Sequence record: SRR20825006_1147
DNA: 39,373 bases
Reading direction: 5' to 3' (one strand)
The notes beneath the pieces are model-generated. The model was not told the origin of the DNA. It saw nothing but the letters and a program-made list of their open reading frames with translations, and made no database searches. Both the position numbers and the translations under genes were made by a program. Each line of letters begins with the position of its first letter. The first letter of the stretch is position 1. Below, in pieces: positions 26,038-35,166 of the stretch.

Positions 26038-27258
26038 TTATTCGGCTACTATGATATCCCAAGATCTGATATTACAAAATCTTCCGGGAGTTTCACCCCA
26101 TTGTGTTGTGATTTGACCAATGGTTATGGTCGCATCTTCTTCAAGAGTAAATTCTAATCTGTATGTATATTCACTACCAAGAGCGGAATTTATTCTTTTA
26201 TAAGCAAGGACATTCTCAGCTGTTTCAATATCAGCTACGTCAGGTAAACTTTCACCTTTAGCAACTACAAGATAAGCCCCTCCTTCATCAGATAGTGCGT
26301 GATTTGTATCTCTTATCAAAACGTATAAAATATATGATGCTGCTTGAACACCGCCTATATTTTGATAAATTTTACCATTAGTAATGGCAGGAGCACCCCA
26401 TCCCGATTCTATATTGAAAATATTGCCATTCCACTCATCCCAGCCTCCTTGGCCGTTATGAATTTTAATAGGATCTGTAGTTGTCCAATCTTCTAAAATC
26501 CCCCATCTACCAGCTGTTGATACTGCCTTAAATGGAATTGCAGCATTAAGAATAACCGGTTTAGAAATGGGCGTAAAAGATATGTACTCAGTATAGAAAG
26601 TGTCAATTGCCGTTTCTTCTGGAATAAATACCGTACGGTACTTATAGGTAGACTGAGGTTTATAATCTAAAATTGATTTGAAGTCCTCTTCAATAGCCAC
26701 AAAGGTTGTCACTTGGTTATCAGAAGTATTGGTGTAAATAATCTCTGTGCCGATGACTCCTGTTGTCAAATCCATCGATGCATATTCTATAGATAAACTA
26801 TCCTCAATCAAATTATTTGCTACAACAGGGCGATTAAATAAGGTGTTCTGATAACGCTCGCCATAAACAACACCGGTAATATTTGAAGCCAGCGATTTAT
26901 TACCTTGATCATCATAGGTACGCAACTCAAAATTATAGATATTTTCTTCTATTCCATCAATTATCACTTCAAGAGTATCAATACCCTCTGATCGAGTAAC
27001 TGGTACTGCAACAGAGTCTCTTTTATCATTCCAAAATACTCTAAATTGTGTGATTTTAGGGTCTGCATTTATAATACCCTGTATCATTATTCTATTGTTA
27101 CCAGAAAAGGTTTTCAACGAATCAATCTTCTCTGTATAACTAATTTCTCCACCTGCTGTAAACTCTTTGTAGTCGTCATATTCTTCGCTCGTACACGACC
27201 AATATAATGAGAGTATGCCAGCAAATGCAAACAGTATATATTTATAAATATTCTTCAT
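26038..27258 (-). CDS. Surface lipoprotein, DUF4998/DUF5013-like (SusE/F-positioned); likely start ATG 27258
   Basis: MKNIYKY...YWSC-TSEEYDDY lipoprotein signal; SGNNRI, YDDQGNKS, VYGERYQNTLFNR; Trp-rich C-terminal domain with NGKIYQ. Confidence 0.78.
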   Translation of the reverse strand: MKNIYKYILFAFAGILSLYWSCTSEEYDDYKEFTAGGEISYTEKIDSLKTFSGNNRIMIQGIINADPKITQFRVFWNDKRDSVAVPVTRSEGIDTLEVIIDGIEENIYNFELRTYDDQGNKSLASNITGVVYGERYQNTLFNRPVVANNLIEDSLSIEYASMDLTTGVIGTEIIYTNTSDNQVTTFVAIEEDFKSILDYKPQSTYKYRTVFIPEETAIDTFYTEYISFTPISKPVILNAAIPFKAVSTAGRWGILEDWTTTDPIKIHNGQGGWDEWNGNIFNIESGWGAPAITNGKIYQNIGGVQAASYILYVLIRDTNHALSDEGGAYLVVAKGESLPDVADIETAENVLAYKRINSALGSEYTYRLEFTLEEDATITIGQITTQWGETPGRFCNIRSWDIIVAE

Positions 27259-27268
27259 TTTTCTGATT

Positions 27269-28474
27269 TTAAAAGTTAGAATTACCATAAACCTGTAGTT
27301 CTGAGATTCCCATAGAGTATGTTCCTGCCCAATTATCTATCATATGTATTCTTATGTATCTCACAGGCTCTGCATTTGGGTCAATATCCCAACTAAATCC
27401 ACTATTAGCAGCTTCAAAATCTTCACTAGTACTTTGTCCATAAGGCAAGCCAGAAGGTTTGACTTGTTCATAAGAACCTAATAAAGTCCATTTATCTAAA
27501 TCTCCCGTTGGTTCAAGCTCTGCAGAACCATAAATTTCAAATTCTTTCATACACACGTTATAGTAGTATTCTCTACCTCCATTGTAATATTCAGGGTAAT
27601 CCCAGATTACAATACGACTTAGCTTTGTTAATTTTCCAATATCAAAACTTGTAATATGTGTGTCTTCTAGAAAGTTACCTTGTGTTAGATAACAACGTGG
27701 CCAATTAAGTATATCATTATCCCACATCCCACTTTTAGGGGTCGAATTGTGACCTGGTGCATCGTTAGGTAATCGTAAATCTCCATAATTTGATTTTGGG
27801 ATGGCTTCTTCAAAAAGAGGTGTTATCGTCCTTTCTAAAGTATCTGTATAGTTAAGCCAGCGATCACGAATAGTAAATGCAAAATCTTTAGCAATAGTAT
27901 CTAAACCACGTATTCTGCTTTTAATATCATTTGTAGAAGTATAGATACTGTTAGGACTCGCTATATAGTCACCATCTTCATTTTTATTTAGTACCAAAAT
28001 AGCTAAGTCCATTCTCTCCGGGTTTTCAGCATTGATGTAAATTCCACCGAAAGCTTCTCCTACGTCCAAGCTATTATAAACATCAAAAATGGGAGAAGGT
28101 AGTGGATTTACGGTTATACTCACTGGATCTGACTCTACCTCACTACGATTTACAGCTACCACATCAACATTTATATCATCATTTCCGGTGAAACCTTCTA
28201 ACAGCATAGTGTTTGAGTAATATGAAGATTTAACTTCCATCTCTCGACCTGTTGGTAAAGTATAATTCGCTTTTATATAGAGTAAATCTTGATCTTTTGG
28301 TAAAGTGTATTTAAGACGCGCTTTACCTGGTAAATTTTCTACCTTAATATTACTTACTTGCTGTGGAGCTATACTGTTAGACTCCAAGGGTATTTGTTCT
28401 ACTTCTTCAGAACAACTAAATAGAAGCGTCAGCACGAAGGCAAAAGCTATCTGTTTTAAAATAATCGTTTTCAT
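27269..28474 (-). CDS. Surface lipoprotein, DUF4959/DUF5126/DUF5000-like with discoidin-type C-terminus; likely start ATG 28474
   Basis: MKTII...LFSC-SEE; NLPGKARLKY, DLLYIKA, RDRWLN, FEIYGS, WTLLG, VRYIRI, ISELQVYG. Confidence 0.78.
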   Translation of the reverse strand: MKTIILKQIAFAFVLTLLFSCSEEVEQIPLESNSIAPQQVSNIKVENLPGKARLKYTLPKDQDLLYIKANYTLPTGREMEVKSSYYSNTMLLEGFTGNDDINVDVVAVNRSEVESDPVSITVNPLPSPIFDVYNSLDVGEAFGGIYINAENPERMDLAILVLNKNEDGDYIASPNSIYTSTNDIKSRIRGLDTIAKDFAFTIRDRWLNYTDTLERTITPLFEEAIPKSNYGDLRLPNDAPGHNSTPKSGMWDNDILNWPRCYLTQGNFLEDTHITSFDIGKLTKLSRIVIWDYPEYYNGGREYYYNVCMKEFEIYGSAELEPTGDLDKWTLLGSYEQVKPSGLPYGQSTSEDFEAANSGFSWDIDPNAEPVRYIRIHMIDNWAGTYSMGISELQVYGNSNF

Positions 28475-28491
28475 ATTGCTAATTTTTAATA

Positions 28492-30459
28492 TTACCATCC
28501 TGGATTTTGAACCAGATTTGTATTTCTTATCAAAGAAGTCTCACTTAGTGGCCAGAAATAATCTCTAGGGGATACAAAACTTTGCAGATGAATGGTACGC
28601 ACTTGATAGTATGATGCTTCATCATCGCCAAATACATTCCAACCTTGAACATCGTCATTAAATTCTTCAACCGCTCTTTTCCACCTCAATAAATCCCAAT
28701 AGCGCTGACCTTCAAATGCTAATTCTATCATACGCTCTTGTTGTATAATACTTCGTAAACCATCTTGTGATAAGGGTTTGTTAGGATTAACGGAATGATT
28801 AGCCCACGACTCAACAACTCCCTCTAAACCTGCTCTATCCCTAATAAGGTCTAAATAGTTATAAACATCTGCGCTTGGGCCTTGTACTTCGTTTGTAGCC
28901 TCGGCATATAAAAGGTATAGCTCTGCCAAACGCATCTCTGGCCAAGCATAGTTTTCAAAACTACCGCCATCATTGCTAAAGGTCATTCTCCAATTAACTA
29001 ATTTCTTACAATAGTACCCTGTCTCATTAAAAAAGAAAGGATGATCACTTCCTGAATAGTCACCAAATTTACCTTCAATATGCCATTTAGTTTCATCTCC
29101 TAATGCATCTCTCTTATACCAAGTACTACCATCAAAACCTAAATCAGCATAAAATCGAGGTTCTCTATCAAAATTTAATCTTGAAGTGCGATATCCCTCT
29201 TCGATATTAAAACGTTCTTCTGGAGTAGCCTCTCTTAGTTCTCTAATGTCATTAAAGTCATAATTACGATCTTCTGTAATAGGCACTCCGTTATCTGTAT
29301 AAAACAGTTTTGCCATTGTTATGGTTGGAGACAAGACCTTACGTGCAACACGCGTATTATGACCTACCTGTAACGGTGCCATTGCACTTGCTTGTAGTCC
29401 ATCTTCTCCAAGAGTTAGACTTTGTGTATTAGGCCATATAATTTCTATACTCTCTGGATCTGTAATAGCATTTCGGATACTCAATTTAGTTACGGTAGTA
29501 TCAGTTAAATCAAACCCTGTTACTGACTCATTAAATTCAAAAAGCCTCAAGCCTGCGGCTTCCGCAGCATCTATTGCCTCTTTAGCTGCGTCTGCAGCAA
29601 GTTGCCATTTATTAGGCTCATAGGTGTTATTATAAAGAGGTGTTCCATCTTTATTTACTACAATAGCTAAATCTTCATTGCCATTATAAAGTGGGCTTGC
29701 GGCAGTAACCAATACTTTCGCTTTTAACGATCTTGCTGTAACTGAAGTAATTCTTCCCAATTCTGTATTAATATCTGCAATTACAGGAGGAAGTACTGCT
29801 GCTGCCTCGTCTAACAATTCAACTATATATGCTATAGCTTCATCATATGGGGCTCTTGTAACATCAAACTCTTCGGTGGGAGCATCTATTGAAATATTCT
29901 CTCTCATAACAGGTATTGCTCCATAGAATTTTGTCAAATAAAAATGATAATACGCCTTGAGGAATTTAGCTTCAGCTATCCATCGTTCTCGTTCTGATTG
30001 AGTAATATCAGGTACGTTATTTTCATCAGACATATTCTCTATAAAAATATTACAGTGCCTTATTCCATCCCAGATCTCTGGTCCGTCGTATGGAGCTCCT
30101 GCTTGATATTCCCCTTGCCACACATTAAAATACGGGTTTGAAACGCGCTGTCTTCCAAGAGCTATTTCTAAGGCAAAATAATCTCCATTTTCACGATTGT
30201 CAGGGACCCACATTTCATCCCCTGCTAAAAATCCTGCATTTCTACGAGGGTCTCCTAAACGTGGCATATAGGAATAACAAGTAAATAAGTACTTCTCAGC
30301 CTCTTGTCTCAGATTAAAAACCTTGTCAACGGTTGCTAATCCATCAGGTACTACGTCTAGATAATCATCTTGGCAAGAATATGTACTGTTCAACAAGACC
30401 AGCAATAATAACGCCCCGATTCCCTGCTTAATTAATTTTTTAAATATTATAGTCTTCAT
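28492..30459 (-). CDS. susD: SusD/RagB family glycan-binding lipoprotein
   Basis: YSC-QDDYLDVVP; EAKFLKAYYHF, REPRFY, TGYY, RLAELYLLYAEA, ERMIELAFEGQRYWDLLRW, QNPGW terminus. Confidence 0.96.
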   Translation of the reverse strand: MKTIIFKKLIKQGIGALLLLVLLNSTYSCQDDYLDVVPDGLATVDKVFNLRQEAEKYLFTCYSYMPRLGDPRRNAGFLAGDEMWVPDNRENGDYFALEIALGRQRVSNPYFNVWQGEYQAGAPYDGPEIWDGIRHCNIFIENMSDENNVPDITQSERERWIAEAKFLKAYYHFYLTKFYGAIPVMRENISIDAPTEEFDVTRAPYDEAIAYIVELLDEAAAVLPPVIADINTELGRITSVTARSLKAKVLVTAASPLYNGNEDLAIVVNKDGTPLYNNTYEPNKWQLAADAAKEAIDAAEAAGLRLFEFNESVTGFDLTDTTVTKLSIRNAITDPESIEIIWPNTQSLTLGEDGLQASAMAPLQVGHNTRVARKVLSPTITMAKLFYTDNGVPITEDRNYDFNDIRELREATPEERFNIEEGYRTSRLNFDREPRFYADLGFDGSTWYKRDALGDETKWHIEGKFGDYSGSDHPFFFNETGYYCKKLVNWRMTFSNDGGSFENYAWPEMRLAELYLLYAEATNEVQGPSADVYNYLDLIRDRAGLEGVVESWANHSVNPNKPLSQDGLRSIIQQERMIELAFEGQRYWDLLRWKRAVEEFNDDVQGWNVFGDDEASYYQVRTIHLQSFVSPRDYFWPLSETSLIRNTNLVQNPGW

Positions 30460-30475
30460 CTATTAAAATCTTAAA

Positions 30476-33400
30476 TTAAAAGTCAAATTGAACCCCTAGA
30501 TTGTAGGTAGATTGAATAGGGTAACCCAAACCGTTACTACCCATCTCTGGATCCCATAGGTCAAAACTGCTCCATACAGCCAGGTTTATTCCACTTGCAT
30601 AAATACGTAGAGATCGTATACCTAAGGCGTCTACCAGCTTCTCTGATGCTCTATAGCCAATCTCTAAATTTTTAAGTCTTAGAAAATCATTGTTTTGTAG
30701 CCACCAAGACGAACTTTGCACATTATTTTCAACAATATTCGGACTCAAACGTGGCCAAAAAGCATAAGAATCACGATTATCTTCAGACCAATAACTATCT
30801 GCAATTAGTCTTAGTAATCCATTTTGTTGTCCGGTTTCATTTCCTGTTCCTAATACGAAAGGAGAAATATCAGTAGGGCTTATTTGAAAGGATGATCGTG
30901 CTGATCCTTGAAAGAAAACACTTAGGTCAAAGTCTTTATATCCTACTGTTCCTCCAAAACCATAAATAATTTCAGGAGTTGTTGGTAAGCCAATTGGCAC
31001 ACGATCTAAAGAGGTTATGACTCCATCTCCATTAACATCTCTATACTTAATATCTCCTCCGGTATAATTACCAAATTGTGTAGGCGAATTGTTAACCTCT
31101 TCTTGATCTGTAAACAAACGCTCTGCTATATAACCATACATCTGGCTTGCATTATTACCAACTTGTGATAAATAGCTAAGATTATCTGGATAATTAAGCT
31201 CATTTGTCTGTTTTACTTCATTTGTAGCATAGGTGAGCGTTGCTCGTGCCTGTGTCCACCATTCTTGATTAATCTGTCTATTATAATCCAATGATAAATC
31301 TATACCTTTAGATTCTAACTCAGCAAAATTAACCTGCGGTTGTGCGGTTAGCCCAATAACGTCTCCAATTTCTGTACGACGCTGTAAAATATTTGACCTG
31401 TTTTGCTTGTAAATTTCTGCTGTAAAGTTTAAATCACGCCATAACCCGATATCGATACCTAGATTATATTGTTCTGAAACTTCCCATCCAATTGCTGCAT
31501 TTGCATATCTATCAATTGAAATACCAGGTCTATAAAAATTATAATCTTGTCCAAATGTGGCTCCGAAACCTCCATTATTTGTATTTACACTCGACAGGTA
31601 AAAGAATCTGTCCTCATCAAGATTTCCTATTTCATCATTCCCAGCCTTTCCATAAGTAAATCGCAGCTTAAGATTACTGATAGTTTCTTTTAATTTAGAA
31701 AAATAATCCTCATTTGAAATTACATAACTCACTCCAAAAGATGGGAAAAAACCATATCTATTGCTTCGATCGAAACGCTCAGAACCATTATAACCGAAAC
31801 TGAATTCACCTATATAGCGTTTATCAAATGCATAGGTAAATCGCCCCGAAAATGTATGGTTTCTATATTGTAATGATTCTTGTAGACTACTAAATTCAGT
31901 TGTTTCATAACTTTGTAATACATTGATTAAAAAGCCAGAAACCGCATGTTTTTCAGCAAATACTCTGTCGTAATTCAGCGTGAATTGATTGTAAATTCTA
32001 GAGTTGGATTCATTATTTTCTCCTGAAAGATTTAAAAATTCAGTACCAGGGGTTCCTATAGAAGATTGTGTACCATCATTAATAACACTAAGTAAAACAC
32101 CATCATTAAGTGGATTTCTAGAAGCTTGATAAAAGAAGGGATTGTATGATCTACTAATCGAATATGTATTATATCTACGTATATAATTCATAGTTCCTAT
32201 TTTTAATCCTTCGGTAATAAAGTCTAATTTTTGATCAATAGCAATTTGAGCTTGTACTGTAGAGTTTTTAGTAGTTCTATATCCTTTAACCATTTCGGCA
32301 TAGGGATTTGTATACAAGGCATTGCTTGCCAGAGATAAAGGTGAATTACCAAAAAGCGGATGCTCGGCTAATGGGTATAATTCTGATGGAAAAATTGATG
32401 TGAATGCAACTGGGTTAGCATTAACTGTAGAAGCGATAATATCACCCCCATTAGATATTGGACCATTATAGTCGTCAAACTGACCATAAATATTGACAGT
32501 TGCAAGTGTAGTAGGAGTTAAATCAATATCTAACTTACTTCGTAATGAATAGTTCTGTAGTTTAATATTACTATTAAAATTATTTATTGGATTCACATCT
32601 AAAATTCCATTATCAATATTATAGGTGCCTGAAACATAATATCGTGCACGTTCAGACCCTCCACTTGCACTTATATTGAAACTTTGATTTATCGTATACT
32701 CTTTTAGTATCTGATCAATCCAATTATTGCTAGGGTATAAATACGGATTGTCTCCTGCTGCAGTACGGTCAATTTTAATTTGAGAATACGGTAAAATGGC
32801 AAGAGGATCACGAGTAAGCGCAGCCTCATTTGCTAGTTGCATATATGTGATGTTATCTGCAAATTCAAAATTTCTTGTGTTAGTAGAAATACGAGAGGCA
32901 GCACGTGCACTAAACTTTGCTTTGCCTGCCTTACCGCTTTTTGTAGTGATTAAGATAACACCGTTTGCGCCTCTGGCTCCATAAACTGAAGCTGCGGCTG
33001 CATCTTTAAGTACAGAAAATGTATCAATATCATCAGGCTGTAAACGTGCGAGATCTGTAGATGTAGACTCTATGTTATCTATTAAAATTAATGGATTGCG
33101 CTTACCTGAGCCAAAGGTGCTTAAACCACGTATAAAGAAATCTGAATTGTCTGCTCCTGGTTCTCCCGACCTTTGAAAGGATACCATCCCAGGAACTCTT
33201 CCAGCAATCATATTAGTTAGGTTATTTGTAGGCCCTTTAAGCTCTGCTGGATTAATTGTTGCTATTGAACTCACCTGACTTTCTTTCAGCTGTTTTCCTC
33301 CGAAAGCAATTACCACTGTCTCTTCTAGCGACTCTGAACTTAAGTTTAGAGAGACGTTAATACTTTCTTGATCACTAACGAGGACTTCTTTAGTTTCAAA

Positions 33401-33676
33401 ACCCACAAAGGAAAATACCAAGGTTGATCCTGGTGAAACGCGTATAGAATAGTTCCCGTCAAAATCAGTAGAAGTTCCGTTTTGAGTTCCCTTTTCCACA
33501 ACCGTTACACCTATTAATGGTTGGTTGCTATCACTACCGTCATAAACAGTACCTGTTATGATTTGTTGTGGTAGCTCATCTAAACTATGCGCCTTAAATT
33601 GGGGCCCAAATCCAAGCGCAAGTAGGAGCACAAGACACCTTAAAAAGTGTTTCACTCGTATTAATTGTTGTATCAT
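30476..33676 (-). CDS. susC: SusC/RagA TonB-dependent transporter
   Basis: GTSTDFDGNYSI...LVFSFVG, SGEPGAD, LKDAAAASVYGARGANGVILITTK, YNGSERF, GDIKYRDVNGDG, FLRLKN, WDPE; C-terminal F. Confidence 0.97.
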   Translation of the reverse strand: MIQQLIRVKHFLRCLVLLLALGFGPQFKAHSLDELPQQIITGTVYDGSDSNQPLIGVTVVEKGTQNGTSTDFDGNYSIRVSPGSTLVFSFVGFETKEVLVSDQESINVSLNLSSESLEETVVIAFGGKQLKESQVSSIATINPAELKGPTNNLTNMIAGRVPGMVSFQRSGEPGADNSDFFIRGLSTFGSGKRNPLILIDNIESTSTDLARLQPDDIDTFSVLKDAAAASVYGARGANGVILITTKSGKAGKAKFSARAASRISTNTRNFEFADNITYMQLANEAALTRDPLAILPYSQIKIDRTAAGDNPYLYPSNNWIDQILKEYTINQSFNISASGGSERARYYVSGTYNIDNGILDVNPINNFNSNIKLQNYSLRSKLDIDLTPTTLATVNIYGQFDDYNGPISNGGDIIASTVNANPVAFTSIFPSELYPLAEHPLFGNSPLSLASNALYTNPYAEMVKGYRTTKNSTVQAQIAIDQKLDFITEGLKIGTMNYIRRYNTYSISRSYNPFFYQASRNPLNDGVLLSVINDGTQSSIGTPGTEFLNLSGENNESNSRIYNQFTLNYDRVFAEKHAVSGFLINVLQSYETTEFSSLQESLQYRNHTFSGRFTYAFDKRYIGEFSFGYNGSERFDRSNRYGFFPSFGVSYVISNEDYFSKLKETISNLKLRFTYGKAGNDEIGNLDEDRFFYLSSVNTNNGGFGATFGQDYNFYRPGISIDRYANAAIGWEVSEQYNLGIDIGLWRDLNFTAEIYKQNRSNILQRRTEIGDVIGLTAQPQVNFAELESKGIDLSLDYNRQINQEWWTQARATLTYATNEVKQTNELNYPDNLSYLSQVGNNASQMYGYIAERLFTDQEEVNNSPTQFGNYTGGDIKYRDVNGDGVITSLDRVPIGLPTTPEIIYGFGGTVGYKDFDLSVFFQGSARSSFQISPTDISPFVLGTGNETGQQNGLLRLIADSYWSEDNRDSYAFWPRLSPNIVENNVQSSSWWLQNNDFLRLKNLEIGYRASEKLVDALGIRSLRIYASGINLAVWSSFDLWDPEMGSNGLGYPIQSTYNLGVQFDF

Positions 33677-33785
33677 AATCTGTTGATGTAATGTTTTTCT
33701 ATAAAAATTAATTCTGTTTGATTAAAATGACATATTCGTTATTTGCTTAAGTTTTTTAGGTTTCTCATATGTTTGTTTTTGGTTA

Positions 33786-34946
33786 CTAATCTGCTTTGTA
33801 GTTATCTGAAATATATTTTAGTTGATCTAAACTCCATTCATCCTGCCATTCCATTGCTGGTTGCCCTTGTTTGACGACAAGCGGAAGCCAGATATATCTA
33901 CCATCACTATGTTTCTTAGGATTCCATCTATCCCCCATATATATATAAATACCTTCTGCTCTATTTATGGGCAATACATAGGTGCTTTGAGAAAAAAATG
34001 TCACATCTGCATTTTTTCCTTTAGCTGGATTCGTTAGCTTTTCCCAAGGTCCGAACATGGACTTAGCTTTAAAAGACCGGGCTTTATTGGGCTTCCATCC
34101 TGTAAGTCCTGAGGTTATCATGTAATAGGTTTCCTTATGTTTAAAAACAGCAGGAGCTTCATTCTGGCCTCCAGGTTGAACTCTTACCCATTCCTTTGAG
34201 AATCCTAAATAATCATCAGTGAGCTTAGAAATATGTAAGGTTTGATTCTCTTCTGAACTACTAATGTGGTACGCTGTATCATCATCATCTACAAACACTG
34301 TCATATCTCGCGACATTTGCCCTTTTTTAAAATCTCGACGTACATACAGGCCATCCACAAGGGCGTGATGCCATTCCGCCGTCCACCATTCAAGATGCTG
34401 TTCTTCAAGATTTTCTTGGGTTTGTGATAACTCAAAATTCTGAGGCCATGATTTTTGATTGGGCCTAAAAGATTGAATATATTTAAAGGGTCCTGTGGGT
34501 GATTGACTTGTGGCTACTGCAGTACGGGCGGCAGCATAACCTTGTCCCTTAAGCTCCAAATGAAACCACATAACAAATAATTTTGTTTTCTTATTGAAAA
34601 TGACTTTAGGACGCTCTATAACTGACCCAATCGTAATTTCTGAATTGGGATCTGTACTTACTTCTAATGCCACCCCCTCATTAGACCAATTGATTAAATC
34701 TTTTGACTTATATACGCGAACCCCAACTTCAGCTAGACTATTTGCCCCTTTATGTTCACCATACCAATAATAAGTCTCGTTATGATATAAAATACCACCA
34801 CCATGAGCATTGATATGATTACCATCATTATCTGGCCAAAGTTTGCCTGGAAAAAAACTACTGTGGTCGTTTTTTTGACCGTAGACAGATGCACTTAGAA
34901 TTACCGCAGCAATTAATTGAAGGACTTTAATATAATTAATAAACAT
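33786..34946 (-). CDS. Glycoside hydrolase family 43 (GH43_24-like exo-beta-1,3-galactanase)
   Basis: INAHGGG, YYWYGE, IERPKV, SRDMTVFVDDD, NEAPA, GWKPN, SQST, MGDRW, RYIWLP; signal peptide. Confidence 0.88.
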   Translation of the reverse strand: MFINYIKVLQLIAAVILSASVYGQKNDHSSFFPGKLWPDNDGNHINAHGGGILYHNETYYWYGEHKGANSLAEVGVRVYKSKDLINWSNEGVALEVSTDPNSEITIGSVIERPKVIFNKKTKLFVMWFHLELKGQGYAAARTAVATSQSPTGPFKYIQSFRPNQKSWPQNFELSQTQENLEEQHLEWWTAEWHHALVDGLYVRRDFKKGQMSRDMTVFVDDDDTAYHISSSEENQTLHISKLTDDYLGFSKEWVRVQPGGQNEAPAVFKHKETYYMITSGLTGWKPNKARSFKAKSMFGPWEKLTNPAKGKNADVTFFSQSTYVLPINRAEGIYIYMGDRWNPKKHSDGRYIWLPLVVKQGQPAMEWQDEWSLDQLKYISDNYKAD

Positions 34947-35039
34947 GTCTGGAATGTTATATTCTGTTAAACGTTTGGATTATATTTACGCAGCGAAATC
35001 GAAATAGTTAATCATATTCTATTGCAATTTTCATTAATT

Positions 35040-35082
35040 CAAAGATTGATCAAGGGGGACAAACTATCTTTTTATAGGGGGG
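35040..35082 (-). promoter_or_regulatory. Putative HTCS-activated PUL promoter: paired G-tracts 22-23 bp apart plus -7-like AATCTTTG
   Basis: AGGGGG at 35053-35058 and AGGGGGG at 35076-35082 in very AT-rich DNA; minus-strand AATCTTTG at 35040-35047. Confidence 0.45.
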
Positions 35083-35166
35083 TATTTATTCAATAGTTAA
35101 AAAAACAGCTATTTATATATCTAATTATTAATTTTTAGCGAATTTTAACAAAAATTAAATAATACT

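Noticed and set aside
27259-28498. Both lipoprotein ORFs begin MVIL in the ORF track
   Set aside because: Coincidental ATGGTAAT inside the 3' ends of the upstream genes; signal peptides fit the downstream starts at 28474 and 27258.
135-32984. Short ORF-track entries overlapping larger genes (e.g. 135-335, 3321-3527, 4485-4961, 6439-6681, 13220-13465, 19140-19430, 24280-24549, 32796-32984)
   Set aside because: Antisense or alternate-frame shadows of well-supported CDSs, with no recognisable motifs.
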